Source of the DNA: Azolla caroliniana
Lineage: Eukaryota > Plantae > Polypodiophyta
Assembly (NCBI GenBank): GCA_043228905.1
Contig: JBHGNT010000022.1
Span: 1,984,001 to 2,048,000, forward strand
Length of the DNA stretch: 64,000 bases
Reading direction: 5' to 3'
Part shown: in pieces, positions 10,576 through 23,367 of the stretch
Numbering within the stretch: position 1 is the first letter of the stretch
Layout of the letters: every line of letters starts with the position of its first letter
Position numbers and translations under genes: made by a program
The notes under the pieces: generated by a model
Told to the model about the DNA's origin: nothing
Database searches by the model: none
What the model saw: the letters and a program-made list of their open reading frames with translations, nothing else

Positions 10576-13500
10576 GCGATTACGCCAAGGAGACCGTCCA
10601 GCCTCCGCATACGCTGCAGATTTCCGCTTACTCGCCGCTGACATCCCTTGGGATGATCAAGCGTTGATGGAGCAATTTCGTTATGGTTTATGCAACGATG
10701 TCAATGATTTACTCTTGACCTTCCCTGAAGAGCCAAAGTCCTTAATAGAAGCAATCAGTCGCGCGGTGAGATGTGACAACCGCCTCTTTGAGCGACGTTC
10801 GGAACGATAGCTACAGATGCCGAGGGCAAGATCAGAGCCCATCTACGCCTCAATGGTAGCAAAAACTTTACCGAGGGAGTACTATAATGCACCACCAGTG
10901 AATACTCTGACTCCGATGGAGATTGACACTATACGTCGTCGAGGGCCATTATCCGAAGAAGAAAAGTAGCGACGCCGAACAAATCGACTATGTCTCTACT
11001 GCGATGGACCAGGACACATTGCAATAAATTGTCCCCATAGGCCGAGAAGACAGGTAAACCAAATAGTTGCTAGTTCTAATTGTACTAAACCCGAGCCTAT
11101 TACAGTAGGGATATCTGATAGTACTAATAGCCTAGATCTAGCGAACAAATTTGATTTCCTTAGCCAGTTAGAAGAAGAGTTAAATAACTAAGTCCAGCCA
11201 AAATAGGAGCCGTTTGGTTGGACAACCCTAGATCTGTGCAACCCATTAGTGGTTCCATTCCCTCTAAGCAAGTTAGCAATGTGTTCGTAGCCCAAGTAAC
11301 AGTTAGTACTAAAAGTACCCCTCAAGTACACGTCTTAGCACTTCTAGACTCCGGAGCTAATTCTTGCTTTATGGATAGGAATTTTGCCCAAGCTCATCAA
11401 ATATCTCTTAGAAAACTCCCGTGTCCAGCCCCTGTAGTCGTCATTGATGGTCGTCCCATTGCTTCCGGAAATATCATAGAAGAGTCAGAACCTGTTAATA
11501 TTGTCCTAGATAACTTAGCATGTGTAGTATCATTTAACATTATTAGTATCCCAGAACATCCCATCATTTTGGGATTACCATGGTTCGAGTTACATAACCC
11601 AGACATAGATTGGAGAACAAGAGAAATCCAGTGTCAACAAACCCGAGGATCTACTCAAAAGATTGCCACCATTTCACTACATCAGTTGCGGGAAGAAGGA
11701 CGCAAGAAAGAAATGTTTCTCTTCGCAATATCACTAAAACCCTCCGACACCATTAAAGAGGAGTCCACCGTTCAACTTCCAAAGAAGTATCATCATTATG
11801 CCGATGTATTCGATAAAGTACGAGCCAATACGCTTCCTCACCATCGACCATATGATTGCCCCATCGATTTACAACCGGGGAAAGAGCCACCATGGGGACC
11901 GATCTACAATTTGTCACCAACCGAGCTAGAAGTCCTTCGAGCCTATATAGAGGAGAATTTGGAGAATGGATTCATTCGACATTCGAAATCTCCAGCCGGT
12001 GCACCCATTTTCTTCGTCAAGAAAAAGGATGGCTCACTTCGTCTGGTGGTAGATTACCGTGGCTTGAATAAAGTTACAATCCGCAATAGGTATGCACTTC
12101 CCCTTATCTCAAGTCTTTTAGAACGAATCAATGGTGCCAGGTTCTTCACAAAGATCGACTTATGGGGGGCCTATAACCTCGTACGGATCTGACCAGGAGA
12201 TGAATGGAAGACCGCGTTCCACACTAGATATGGGCACTTCGAGTATACGATCATGCCATTCAGCCTCACTAATGCGCCAACAGTCTTCCAACACATGACA
12301 AATGATATATTCCGAGATCTCTTGAATGTGTGTCTGATCATCTACTTGGATGATCTACTGGTTTATTCAAAGACTGAAGAAGAGCATGATTCTCATGTAC
12401 TATTACTACTAAAACGACTTCGAGAACATGGTCTTTACGCAAAGCTAGAAAAATGTAGTTTCGGGTGCAACCAAGTGGAATTTCTCGGCTACGTCATTTC
12501 ATCAGAAGGCATCTCCATGGACCCAGCTAAGGTCAAGATGGTGGTAGAATGGCAGACTCTGCGCTTGGTGCGGGATGTGCAATGCTTTTTAGGCTTTGCC
12601 AATTTTTATCGGAAGTTTATACAAGATTACTCAAAGCTCGTTCTGCCTCTCACACAGCTTACCAGGAAGGGACAATCATTCGTTTGGTCTTAAGAAGCAG
12701 ATATGGCTTTCGAGAGTCTTAAAAAGGCATTTACATCGGCTCCAATTCTAGCTCATGTTGATCCGGAAAAACCATTCATTATTGAAGCTGACGCATCGGA
12801 TTTCGCATTGGGGAGCATTCTGTCACAACGGGGTAATGATGAGAAGCTACACCCTGTGGCTTTTCACTCACGCAAGTTTGACACCGCCGAAATCAACTAC
12901 GAAATTCATGATAAGGAGCTATTGGCAATAGTGGACTCGTTTATGCAATGGAGGCATTTTTTAGAGGGATCCTCTCATCAAGTCACTATATTCAGTGACC
13001 ATAAAAACCTTGCCTACTTTCAGGATGCTCGTGTGTTAAATCGATGTCAAGCTCAGTGGGCCCACTTCCTCACGCGTTTCGACTTCAAAATTACATATAA
13101 TCCGGGGAAGCACCTTTTTAAAATGCTCAAGGTCACTTGTAACCTCTCCTCCGGCTACCACCCACAAACCGACGGCCAAGCCGAACGAACAAATCAAACG
13201 CTGGAGCAGTATCTGCGGTGCTTTCTCAGCTATCATCAGGATAACTAGGCATATATTCTCCACTTCGCCGAATTTTCCTATAATAACTCTATCCACACAT
13301 CGACTAAAGTTATGCCATTTTATGCTTATACGGGATGTCACCCTTGGTGGAGTGTACTTGAAACCCCAGAGGTGTCTGCAAATCCTTGTGCGGAGGATCG
13401 TTTGGAGCAGTTACGCAAGATACAAGTGGATTTATCTACTCATCTCCAGCAAGCTCAACAAACACACAAGGTCTACGAGGATAGTCATCGACTTCCATCT

Positions 13501-14454
13501 AATTTTCACATTGGAGATCGGGTGTGGATGCTACAACGACACATCAAGACTACTCGCCCATGTGAGAAGTTGGATTATTGGCGATTAGGTCCTTTCCGTA
13601 TTATCAGAAAGATTAATGATGTCGCTTTTCGTCTCGATCTACCATCTCAACTTCGGATACATCTGGTGTTTCATAGTTCTCTCCTCGAACCCTATCATGA
13701 GAGCACCATCCCAGGACGTATTATACAACCTCCACCCCCGATCAAGCTTGAAGATGGACCAGAGTACGAGGTTGCCACCATCCTTGATTCCAAGATTGTT
13801 CGCAACAAGCTCTACTATCTAGTCCATTGGCTAGGCTATAGTCCCAACGAACGTACTTGGGAACCGATCGAGAATGTGACCAATGCTCGTGGGCTTCTTG
13901 AAGACTTCCATCGTCAATATCCACACAAACCGGGTCCTCCATCCAAAACGACTCGTGACACTCATCGTTTTAAAAGGGGGATAGTGTCATGATATGGCAA
14001 GACTCGAACCCATAACCTTAGGTTATATGGGTCGAGCTCTTGACCATTATATCATCTATTGTAATACGTAGGATATTATTTTCATTTATATTTTATTATA
14101 GGAAATTAATGTATATTCTAGATTTCTCTGGAACATTCTAGAAGCTTTAGGATTACTCTTGAGAACACTATAAAAGGAGGCACTAGGCATTATGTTGAAC
14201 CAAATTGGTTCAACGCCAGTCTTTAGCCTCATAGCCCTTTTGTACTTACTCTTCTTATAATATATAATATGTTATCATCATCTCTCTCTCTCTCTCTCTC
14301 GTCCTCGCTATCTCTCTCTCTCCTCTTCTCTCTTCCTCTCTCGGGAGTCTTACGCAGTTCCTTACTCTTAGTACTAATAGTACTTCCCTTCTCTAGTACT
14401 AATTCTCTCTCTGTTTAATACTAATTCTCTCTCTGTTTAGTACTATTCCTGACA
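10576..14454 (+). mobile_element. Tcn1-like copy C, 5'-truncated and decayed, with chromodomain, PPT and 3' LTR (13985-14454)
   Basis: gag remnant with stops; pol fragments 11218-13992; chromodomain YEVATILDSK...YLVHWLGY...TWEP; PPT AAAAGGGGGATAG; 783-bp deletion at GGAAGCACC (13106-13114). Confidence 0.93.
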
Positions 14455-14456
14455 GT

Positions 14457-14685
14457 TTGAACCAATTTGGTTCAACATAATGCCTAGTGCCATCTTTTAT
14501 AGTGTTCTCAAGAGTAATCCTGAAGCTTCTAGAATGTTCCAGAGAAATCTAGAATATACATTAATTTCTTATAATAAAATGTAAATGAAAATAATATCCT
14601 ACGTATTACAATAGAGGATATAATGGTCAAGAGCTCGACCCATATAACCTAAGGTCATGGGTTTGAGTCTTGCCATATCATGACA
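14457..14685 (-). repeat. Inverted duplication of the LTR U3 region fused to a PBS (fold-back)
   Basis: 229-bp reverse complement of 13985-14213, starting in the PBS 12-mer and ending in TGACA. Confidence 0.93.
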
Positions 14686-15808
14686 ACCATTATATACACT
14701 ATAGTACAATTGTCGGAAAGGATCAACCTTGTGCAAAAAGCTTTTCATAGTATTTGAGTCCTCAGACACCCCGACTTCCTTTCCCTTTGTCATTCGTTTC
14801 TCATATTTAGCTCGTTCCAAATGGGTGATGAAGGTGCTTGATATGCCTTCATTGTTGTCACCCATTTTCTTTGAACAAGGTGGTTTCTGTAATTATAAAT
14901 TTTGTAAGAAGAAACCCATTATCCTAAAATCAATTAATATTTGTAAAACATACAAACCCATTCTCTAAACACGATGAAGAATTCTTCAAGAGCCTTGTAC
15001 AATGATGTTTTAAGGCACGATTGCTCCACTTCTTCCCACATAGGCAGGGACAACTTTTTCATCATCAACTCTTGTATCTTCATATTAACCTTATGGCAAA
15101 AAATTAAAAGAAAGTAAGGTTAGAATGAAGAGCAAATCAACAAATCAATACAATGAAAATAAGTCATCACATAGAATACTCACTTTTGAAACTCTGTGAC
15201 CATTTCATCAAGGCTGAACTCCTTAGCAGCCACTCTTGATAATACAGATATTAATAATTTGTCATCTTTGAGTCCTTGCAATGATCATCAAGGAAGTAGC
15301 TTCATATCCTCGGCTAATTCTTCAATTACTAAGTCACTTTTACGTGACTTAGAATTTATCTCCACTTGTGGATCGAGCTTAGCCTTCTTTGATCTTTGAC
15401 TCTTTATTTCTTTTCGCTCCCACATACTAAAAATTCCATCTTGGAGGTCCCACACCTCCCCTGTTCTGAACGCAAGTTGAAACCACAAGTCATATTTTCT
15501 TAGGCCTTTAGACTTGGTGCTTTTGTCAACTTCTATCCCCACTTCAAGTAGACATTTTCGTCGCAATCCAAGATGTAGCCTAGGACCAAATTATTGCAAC
15601 GCATCAAGGTACTCGTGATGGAAGAACCTGATGAGCTCGATACATGACATCTTTTGTTTGTAGTCATTATCATTGTTATGATCTCAAGCTAGCAACTTGG
15701 CTTCTTCATGTGTAAGGCCAACGTACACTTTACATTTTACATATTTGAAGAATGGGGTAAGAGGATACTCCTTCACAAGTTGACATTGAGCTTGAGCAGA
15801 GTGGGATC

Positions 15809-16334
15809 TGTCATGGACACACCAACCCTAAACTACGATGAAACACGAATGACGTGGCTACGACCGATAAGGTTACAGACGTGGAACTCAACATGATGAG
15901 GCTAGAACTCGGGAAGTTGGGAGCAACGAGATGAGGAACTTAAGACGTTAGGAACAATACAAGAGCGAGCATAAAGACAAAGATGTAAATCAAGGAGAGA
16001 AGATGGGGCTAAACAAGAATACTAGATTGATGTGTCAGTGACTGGTGTTGAATCCCTTGAAAGGGACCAAGGAGTTTACAAGTATTTATTCTATGAGTTG
16101 AAGTACATGCATTAGAATATTTTGGAGAATATTCTAGAACCCTCTAGAACCTTCTAGTTCTAGAACTTTCTAAAAACTCCTAGAACTTAAAATAGATAAT
16201 CTACCAATAATCTACTAAGATATACATAACATGGCCATATATTTGGATGTGTTGGTTAGAACACAACACTTGACTATATATGTCAAGAGGTCAAGAGTTC
16301 AAATCTTGACATGACTGTTGTCATGTCTGTGACA
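15809..16334 (-). mobile_element. Solo LTR (526 bp) of a gypsy family with Tcn1-like termini
   Basis: TGTCA...TGACA termini with GGATC target duplication (15804-15808, 16335-16339); homolog at 22851-28998; orientation inferred from a minus-strand TATAAATA in the homolog. Confidence 0.88.
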
Positions 16335-16952
16335 GGATCCTCCAATCACGTAATATGTGTAGTCATTAGCCGAACTGTACTTAAAGTCAGCAACAGTGGG
16401 GCACTGATTAGGGTCTACCATTATTAAGAATGGCACTATAGTGGCATGTGGATTTATCTTTATTTTTCTTTTTAAGTTTTGCACATGCTTTGAATGTGGC
16501 TCTCTTATTTCTAGATCCCGCCTTCCTGTTTCAGGATCAATGGGTGGCGTATGAATAGAGGAAATCGGCAAGTGAAATAGTTGTCCTTTACGGACAAGCG
16601 TCGACTTTACAATGTTTTCTCTGATCCAATTCACCTCGGAGGTGAGTATTCCCGATGCAATGTGGCCCTCTAGAGGAATAACTTCGAGCTTGACATCTTC
16701 CTCCTCATCTTCCATGAACTCGAGTACCTCGGGCTCGTCCTCCTCAGGTTGCTACCTTTTCTTGTACTTCTTATGTTCTAGTTTTGATTAATTGGCAGAC
16801 TTTGGTGGTGTGGTTGCTTGTGAGACCAAAGCTTTCGGGTGGCACGAGTCAGTTACAAAATTTTGTTAATCTATCCCGACTTTGCACATCCCCACCGAGC
16901 TATCAACATCGAACAAGAGGTTCGATGAGTTGTTGTCTTTGTATTTGACGCA

Positions 16953-17165
16953 CTCTTTCAATGAGAATTCGATCCACTGCATCGAGTTCTCCCCCCTTTT
17001 AACGGGAACTCAATGTAGTGCATTGCGTTCTCCCCCCTTTCAACGAGAACTCGATGTAGTGCATCGAGTTCCCATTGAAAGAGAACACCCTTTTAATGGT
17101 AACTCGATGCATTGCATCAAGTTCTCGTTGTAATTATGAGAACTCGATTGAAAGCATCAAATTCT
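16953..17165. repeat. Array of five ~29-bp palindromes GAGAACTCGATG-N5-CATCGAGTTCTC
   Basis: Copies at about 16963, 17004, 17045 (41-bp period), 17101 and 17138. Confidence 0.85.
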
Positions 17166-17523
17166 GGACGCAAAAATTAACAAACTAGGAATCTTTGAAG
17201 AATCTAAAAATATAGTTTGGAAAACATACCTGGCAATCTTCTTTCCCTTGTTCATGTTGCTAATGTTGGTGTCGACTTGACCGGGGAGGCGAAAACTAGA
17301 AATCTTGGTTGCTCTTGCGCTCTTGTGCTCTTTTGTTGTTTGAATGCGATAATGACAATGAGAAGATGACTTTCCCTTATATAGTTTCGTTTTTTATTTT
17401 TATTTTTTAAATTTGTTTTAAAATTTTGTATTTAAAAAAAAAAGCTTTTGGACATGGCACTTATTATAGAACTAAACTTGAGCCTATTTTGGACTCTCGT
17501 GATCTTAGCCCCCCTTACTCAAA

Positions 17524-19258
17524 ATGTCCTCAAACTTGAGTAAAAATTCTTTGTTTTCTATTGAGCCTTTTAAATTATCAGATAACTCGTTATTCTCAAT
17601 CGAGGAATATAACCATGTTAATAATAAACGGTGCCATATAAAGTCACATGACGATCGAGAGCAAAGTTCGACGTCACTTTTTTTGATAGAGACTTTTAAC
17701 TTAGGTAAAAGAAGAAATATTAAACTAGATAAAAATCATCACGAGTCCAATTTTTCGAATGTTGACGACGACTGTGTTAACAAGCCTCTAAATTTTCGAA
17801 GAGTTCCTCGACAAATGAGCGTTAAACAATATAATTTTCTGTGTTCGGATCGTCAAATTGCAATTGATATATGCAAGGTATGTTGTGGGAGCCTTTGTCT
17901 ATCAAAATTTGGAAAGGCAAACTTGCGGGGGTTGCGACAAAAGTATTTGTCTCTCAATGGTGACGAACAAGATCCATTGGTAATTGCCAATATGCAACTT
18001 GTTAAGGACCATCAGGTAGTGTCATGTTCTCAGCAGGTGGAATATTACCTTGCACTTACTATGAAGAGTTGTTGAGCTACTTTTAAAATTGCCTATAGCG
18101 TCGGGAACATGAGGCTACAAAGAATTCATCATAGATTACTTAAGGAGTGGTGGGTACCTTTCAACAATACATAATCTACATGTAAGGGTCTAATTGGGCG
18201 GCATGCCGTTAGATGGATGGAGATATATTTCTCGAAGCAATGTGATGTTATGCCCACCACTGGAATGTTACATTTGTTAGATAACTTCACTCGTCGTGAG
18301 GTATAAGGATGACATGTTATTGGAAAGTGTACCTTACATACAATATCGACATTTTAGATCAAAGTTTAACAATGTGGTCATACCCCGCAAGGTTTGGATG
18401 GGTGTTTGTTCTATATGCGCGAGTTTAAAAAGCATGGCAAAGAGTGGGACAACAGATGAAGAAATAACAAAATATAAGAATTTATTGAGAGAACATCGAG
18501 AAAGCCAAGCATCGGAAAGATCTAAAGATATGCACTATTGTCAAAAAGCGCTTCAGAAAGATATATGTGCTTGATTATAGATGGGATGGATCAGAAGAAA
18601 ATATTTTTTGCCACATTTTCGAAGGTTGCCCAAGGATGTTGGAGATGAATGCCTAGTGTAGATGCACTTAGTAGGATGCCTTCTATATTGTCAGACAATA
18701 AGGCCTCTAGTGTTCCCAACTTATCCAAATATCCACAACGACCCTAATCTTACAGTGACATTCATGCAAAGAGTTTTGCAGAGTTGGCAAGGTTTACTCC
18801 CACCAGTACTATACGTCAGAGTTGGAAAGGTTTACTCCCACCAGTACTATACGTGCAACTTGACAACACGGCGAGAGAAAACAAGAACTCAATTGTGTTT
18901 GGTTAGTTGAGAATGTTAGTAGAAAAGGGTATTTTAAGAAATATTAAGGTCAACTTCTTGCTAGTTGGTCATACACATGATCACATAGATCAAATGTTTA
19001 GTAGGTTCTCCAAGAAATTAGCGAGGTGCGATGCTTTCACACTTCCTGTGCTATCAAGGTTGATCGCTGAAGCTTATACCCCCAAGCCAGATGTACAACA
19101 TTTAGATAAAGTATATGATTTCAAGCGCTTTTGTTTGGATGGTGATGGGATTGGATGTAGGGTTCCTTCTCTGCTTAATAATATAAGTTTTAACCACGTC
19201 TTCCTCATCCAAAAAAGTATGGTCAGTCACAACCAGACCATGTTGTATGCGAAACAAT
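17524..19258 (+). pseudogene. Sola-like (DDD) DNA transposase, decayed and 3'-truncated
   Basis: Cys-rich N-terminus (CKVCCGSLC; GVCSICASLK), then LIIDGMDQKK (~18575), QLDNTARENKN (~18860) and FLLVGHTHDHIDQMFSRFS (~18960); stops, frameshifts and a 38-bp tandem duplication near 18781-18855. Superfamily assigned from remembered motifs only. Confidence 0.65.
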
Positions 19259-22200
19259 AGGAGATGTGTTGTTGCCAACATCAACCAGATGCAAATTGTT
19301 GTTGAGGGATGTCCGACACATTCCGAAGGTTCGACTCAACCTTATATCAGCCGGTCGGCTAGATGATGAAGGTTACACGGGTAGCATGTGGAACGGAGTT
19401 ATGAAGTTCAGCAAGGGAAGCTTGATAGTGGCTAGATCCTGGAAGATCAACACACTGTACTTGATGAATGCCCGGATATGCCGGGAAGAAGTGAACATAG
19501 CATCCGACACTGCCGGTGAGCTGTGGCACAAAAGATTGTGTCACATGAGTGAGAAGCGGATGAGGAGGCTTGTCGAAGATAATCTCATTCCGGTGAAGGA
19601 CATGCAACTTGAGAAGTGTACCGATTGCTTGGCCGACAAGCAAAACCGAACCTCCTTCCGGTCAAGACCACCGATGAGACGGAATGCACCACTGGATTTG
19701 GTGCATACCGATGTGTGTCAAGTGGACACGAAGTCACATTGCGGATCACAGTACTTCGTGACGTTCATAGATGACCATAGCTGGAAGCTGTGGGTCTCAC
19801 CATTGAAGACGAAGGATCAGGTGCTATCTGTCTTCAAGGAGCTCCATGCGAGAGTGGAAAGAGAAATCGGGCGGAAGCTGAAGGCGGTTCGAGTAGATAA
19901 TGGAGGAGAATACCGGGGGCAGTTCGAGGAGTATTGCCGATCGAAGGGGATCCGGCTTGAGTTTACTGTGCCGAAGACATTGGAACTAAACGGGCTGGTC
20001 GAAAGGATGAACTGGACCATAATGGAGAGAGTCTGGAGCATGCTCGCATATGCCAAGTTACCCACGACGTTTTGAGCTGAGGCGCAGACAACGACGACCT
20101 ATGCGATAAATAGATCACCCTCAATGCCCTTGGGAGGAGACTCACCTCAAAAAGTATGGACCTGTAAAGATGTATCTTACCGGCATCTGAAGGTGTTTGT
20201 GTGTCTCGCATACGTGCATGCGGCGAAGGACAAAAGAGCAAAGCTAGATCCGAAGTCCCGCCCATGCATATTCCTTGGATACGACGATGATGAGTTCGGT
20301 TACCGGGTGTGGGATCTGGTCGACAAGAAGGTTTTCCGGAGTCGGGACATAGTCTTCATGGAAGACATGACCATTGCCGACTAGGAGTCGGAGAAGAAGA
20401 TGATGAACTCTAGATCATCCAATAAAGACCGTCTTGAGGACACAATGATATATCCGGTTGAAAACCGGATGTTAGCCGGTGACCAGATGACACTTGATGC
20501 ACCAGCCGGATACGGACAATAAACCGAACCGACCGAAGAAGAAGAAGAAGAAGAAGAAGACCCCAGAACCGGACAAGATCCCGAATCGGATTCAGATTCG
20601 GAACAAACAGAGGAACCGGTAGTCAGAAACTATGGACGGAGATATCCTCTTTGAGAGAGAAGAGCCCCCCGAAGATTTCCGGATGCAGAGCACGTGTTGC
20701 TAATCGATGAGGGGGAGCCGGAAAGCTTCGAAGAAGCAAAGGAAGACACCTACAACTGGAAGTGGTTGAGTGCCATGCAGGATGAGATGGATTCCCTGCA
20801 TGAGAACCACACATATGAACTGATGGAGTTGCCAAAAGGGAAGAGAGCACTCCGGAATAAGTGTGTACAAGCTAAAACCGGGAGACGCCGGAAATCCACC
20901 AAGGTATAAGGCCCGAATCGTGGTGAAGGGGTTCTAGCAGAAGAAAGGAGTGGACTTCGATGAGATCTTTGCCCCGGTAGTAAAGATGACATCCATCTGG
21001 ACGGTATTAGGCATAGCGGTAAGCATGGACCTCGAGGTAGAGCAACTGGACATCAAGACAACATTCCCACATGGTGACCTTGAAGAAGAAATCTACATGC
21101 ATCAACTAGAAGGATTTGAGAAGAAAGGGAAGGAGCAACTGGTGTGCCGGCTAAAGAAGAGTCTATACAGACTGAAGCAAGCCCCATGCCAATGATACCG
21201 GAAGTTCGACTCCTTCATGACCGACCACGGGTACCACAAAACGCAAGCCGATCACTGCGTGTTTGTGAAAAAATTTGACGGAGGAGATTTCTGATACTCC
21301 TATATGTGGATGAGATGTTGATCATCTGACGAGACCAAGTCAAGATACGGATGCTGAAGAAGGCTCTGAACCGAACCTTCTCAATGAAAGACTTGGGGCC
21401 AGCAAGACAGATATTGAGAATGCACATAATCCAAGACCAGTCGAAGAAGCTGTTGTGGTTGTCATAGGAAAAGTACGTGACAAAGGCACTCCAAAGGTTC
21501 AACATGTCAAAGGCAAAACCGGTCGGATCGACACTTCTAGAAAACTGCAAGCTATCTGGAAAACAAAGCCCCAAGTCAAAGGCGGAGAAGACGGATATGA
21601 TGAAGATACCATATGCCTCTACCATCGGGAGCTTGATGTACACAATGGTATGTACCCGGCCGGATATCGGATATGCAGTCGGAGTGGTGAGCTGGTTCAT
21701 GAGCAATCCCGGCAAAGAACATTGGAATGCGATCTAGTGGATACTCTGGTACTTGAAAGGTACCTCGAGTATGTCCCTCCGGTTCAGCTCCAGTAATCCC
21801 CAACTTGACGGATTCACAGATTCAGATATGTTGGTTGATGCGGATACCAACTGGTCCACATCCGGATATGTCATGACTTACAGGGGGAGTTGTATCATGG
21901 CAGTCCAGACTGCAGAAGATAGTTGCATTGTCAACCATGGAGGCGAAGTACATGGTAGCTGTAGAAGTCGGCAAGGAGATAATCTGGATGAAGGACTTCA
22001 TCGGAGAGCTAGGGATCCAACAGGAGGAATATTGTCTCTACTACGATAGTCAAAGTGTCATCCACCTTGCAAAGAATGTGGTCTACCATTCCCGAACGAA
22101 ACATATCCAGCGGAGGTACCATTGGATCAGGGAGAGAGTAGAAGATCAAGAGTTCATGCTGACGAAGATCCACACAGAGGAGAACAGGTCAGATATGCTA

Positions 22201-22850
22201 ACCAAGGTGTTGACAACCGACAAGCTGGACGCGTGCCGAAAGCGGATCGGGCTGACAAGACATCCCATGCCGGAGTGAAGTGAGAGATTGTTGGGAAATT
22301 GGTCCCTCCGGATGGGATCTGGTGATGAATGAAAAGGACCCGGTGAGAACCGGGAGAGATCCGGAAACCTGAGGAGACCCAGTGAGAATTGGAAGAGAAG
22401 ACAAATTTGTAAATATGTCTTGAGTAAGCCTATTGAGGCTATATTTGTAAATAGCCCTAAGTTCATATGTGTATAAATATGACTTAGGGTAATCACCTTG
22501 AAAGTGAGAGTGTTGTATGTTGTAGTTGTTTATATCGTTGTAACTATTGTTTAGGGAGCGACAGAGAGAGAGTGTGAGATACAGAGAAATACTTTGTTGT
22601 AACCGCCGGTTGGTGAAGAATTAGAGCTTGAGGTCGTTGCCTCCGAGTCTCTGATTGTACCCTCTTTTCTTCATAGTGATAGTTGGAGTCTATGGGCTCC
22701 TGTGGTTTTTCCCATTCAGGGTTTTACACGTAAACATCCTGTGTACTCCTTTTTGTGTGTACTCTCCACTTCCCATTTCTGTATTTGATTCTCATAGAAG
22801 TGATTCATTACTCGGTTGTGGCCGAGCTATATTCTGCGCTATTCCTCACA
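19259..22850 (+). mobile_element. Ty1/copia element, 5'-truncated and decayed, with 3' LTR at about 22289-22850
   Basis: GAG-pre-integrase LWHKRLCH, integrase VHTDVC..RVDNGGEY, RT LLYVDEM, RNase H RTKHIQRRYHWIRE in copia order; purine tract then TGTTG...CACA. Confidence 0.9.
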
Positions 22851-23045
22851 GGGCACACCAAGCACGGACTAGGACGGAGCACAGATGATGGGGCTACGAG
22901 CGACGAATGAACTTGGAGCTAGATGTGACGAGGCTAGGAACTGTCATGAACAGTACTGAGACAGAGAAGGAATTAGTACTAAACGAAGGATTAGTACTAT
23001 GAGAGGTGTGGAACTTCTTTGAGAGAAGGAAGAAGTGAGCGAGAC

Positions 23046-23077
<32 letters not shown>

Positions 23078-23305
23078 TGATGATAAGAAAGATATTTATT
23101 ATATGAAGAGAATATACAACGGTGGCTAAAAGGCTTAAGACTGGCGTTGAACCAATTTGGTTCAACATAATGCCTAGTGCCCTCTTTTATAGTGTTTTCA
23201 GGAGTAATCCTGAAGCTTCTAGAATGTTCCAGAGAAATCTGGAATATACACTAATTTCCTATAATAAAATGTAAATGAAAATAATATCCTACGTATTACA
23301 ATAGA

Positions 23306-23360
23306 TGGTCTAATGGTCAAGAGCTCGACCCATATAACCTAAGGTCATGGGTTCGAGTCT
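23306..23360 (+). promoter_or_regulatory. tRNA-like Pol III type-2 promoter module (A box TGGTCTAATGG, B box GGTTCGAGTC), antisense to the LTR
   Basis: 45 nt from the A-box T to the G of GTTC, as in tRNA T8 to G53, with AGGTC at the variable-loop position; equivalents occur in other LTRs. Confidence 0.65.
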
Positions 23361-23367
23361 TGCCATA

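Larger units (their letters stand above)
14686..17255 (-). pseudogene. Spliced gene with a ParB/Srx-like N-terminal domain, interrupted by a solo LTR and truncated at 14685; probably a transposon accessory gene
   Basis: Removing 15809-16334 and one TSD copy joins LPISSIHTP..REPHSKHVQNLKRKI..VPFLIMVDP..YYVIGGS to HSAQAQCQLV..CKVYVGLTHEEAKLLA*DHN. GT donors near 17229 and 15183; TATA-like sequence near 17380; internal stops. Confidence 0.5.

Noticed and set aside
16240-16315. A genuine tRNA gene
   Set aside because: It has three hairpins but no acceptor stem or standard anticodon loop and lies inside an LTR; treated as a tRNA-like module.
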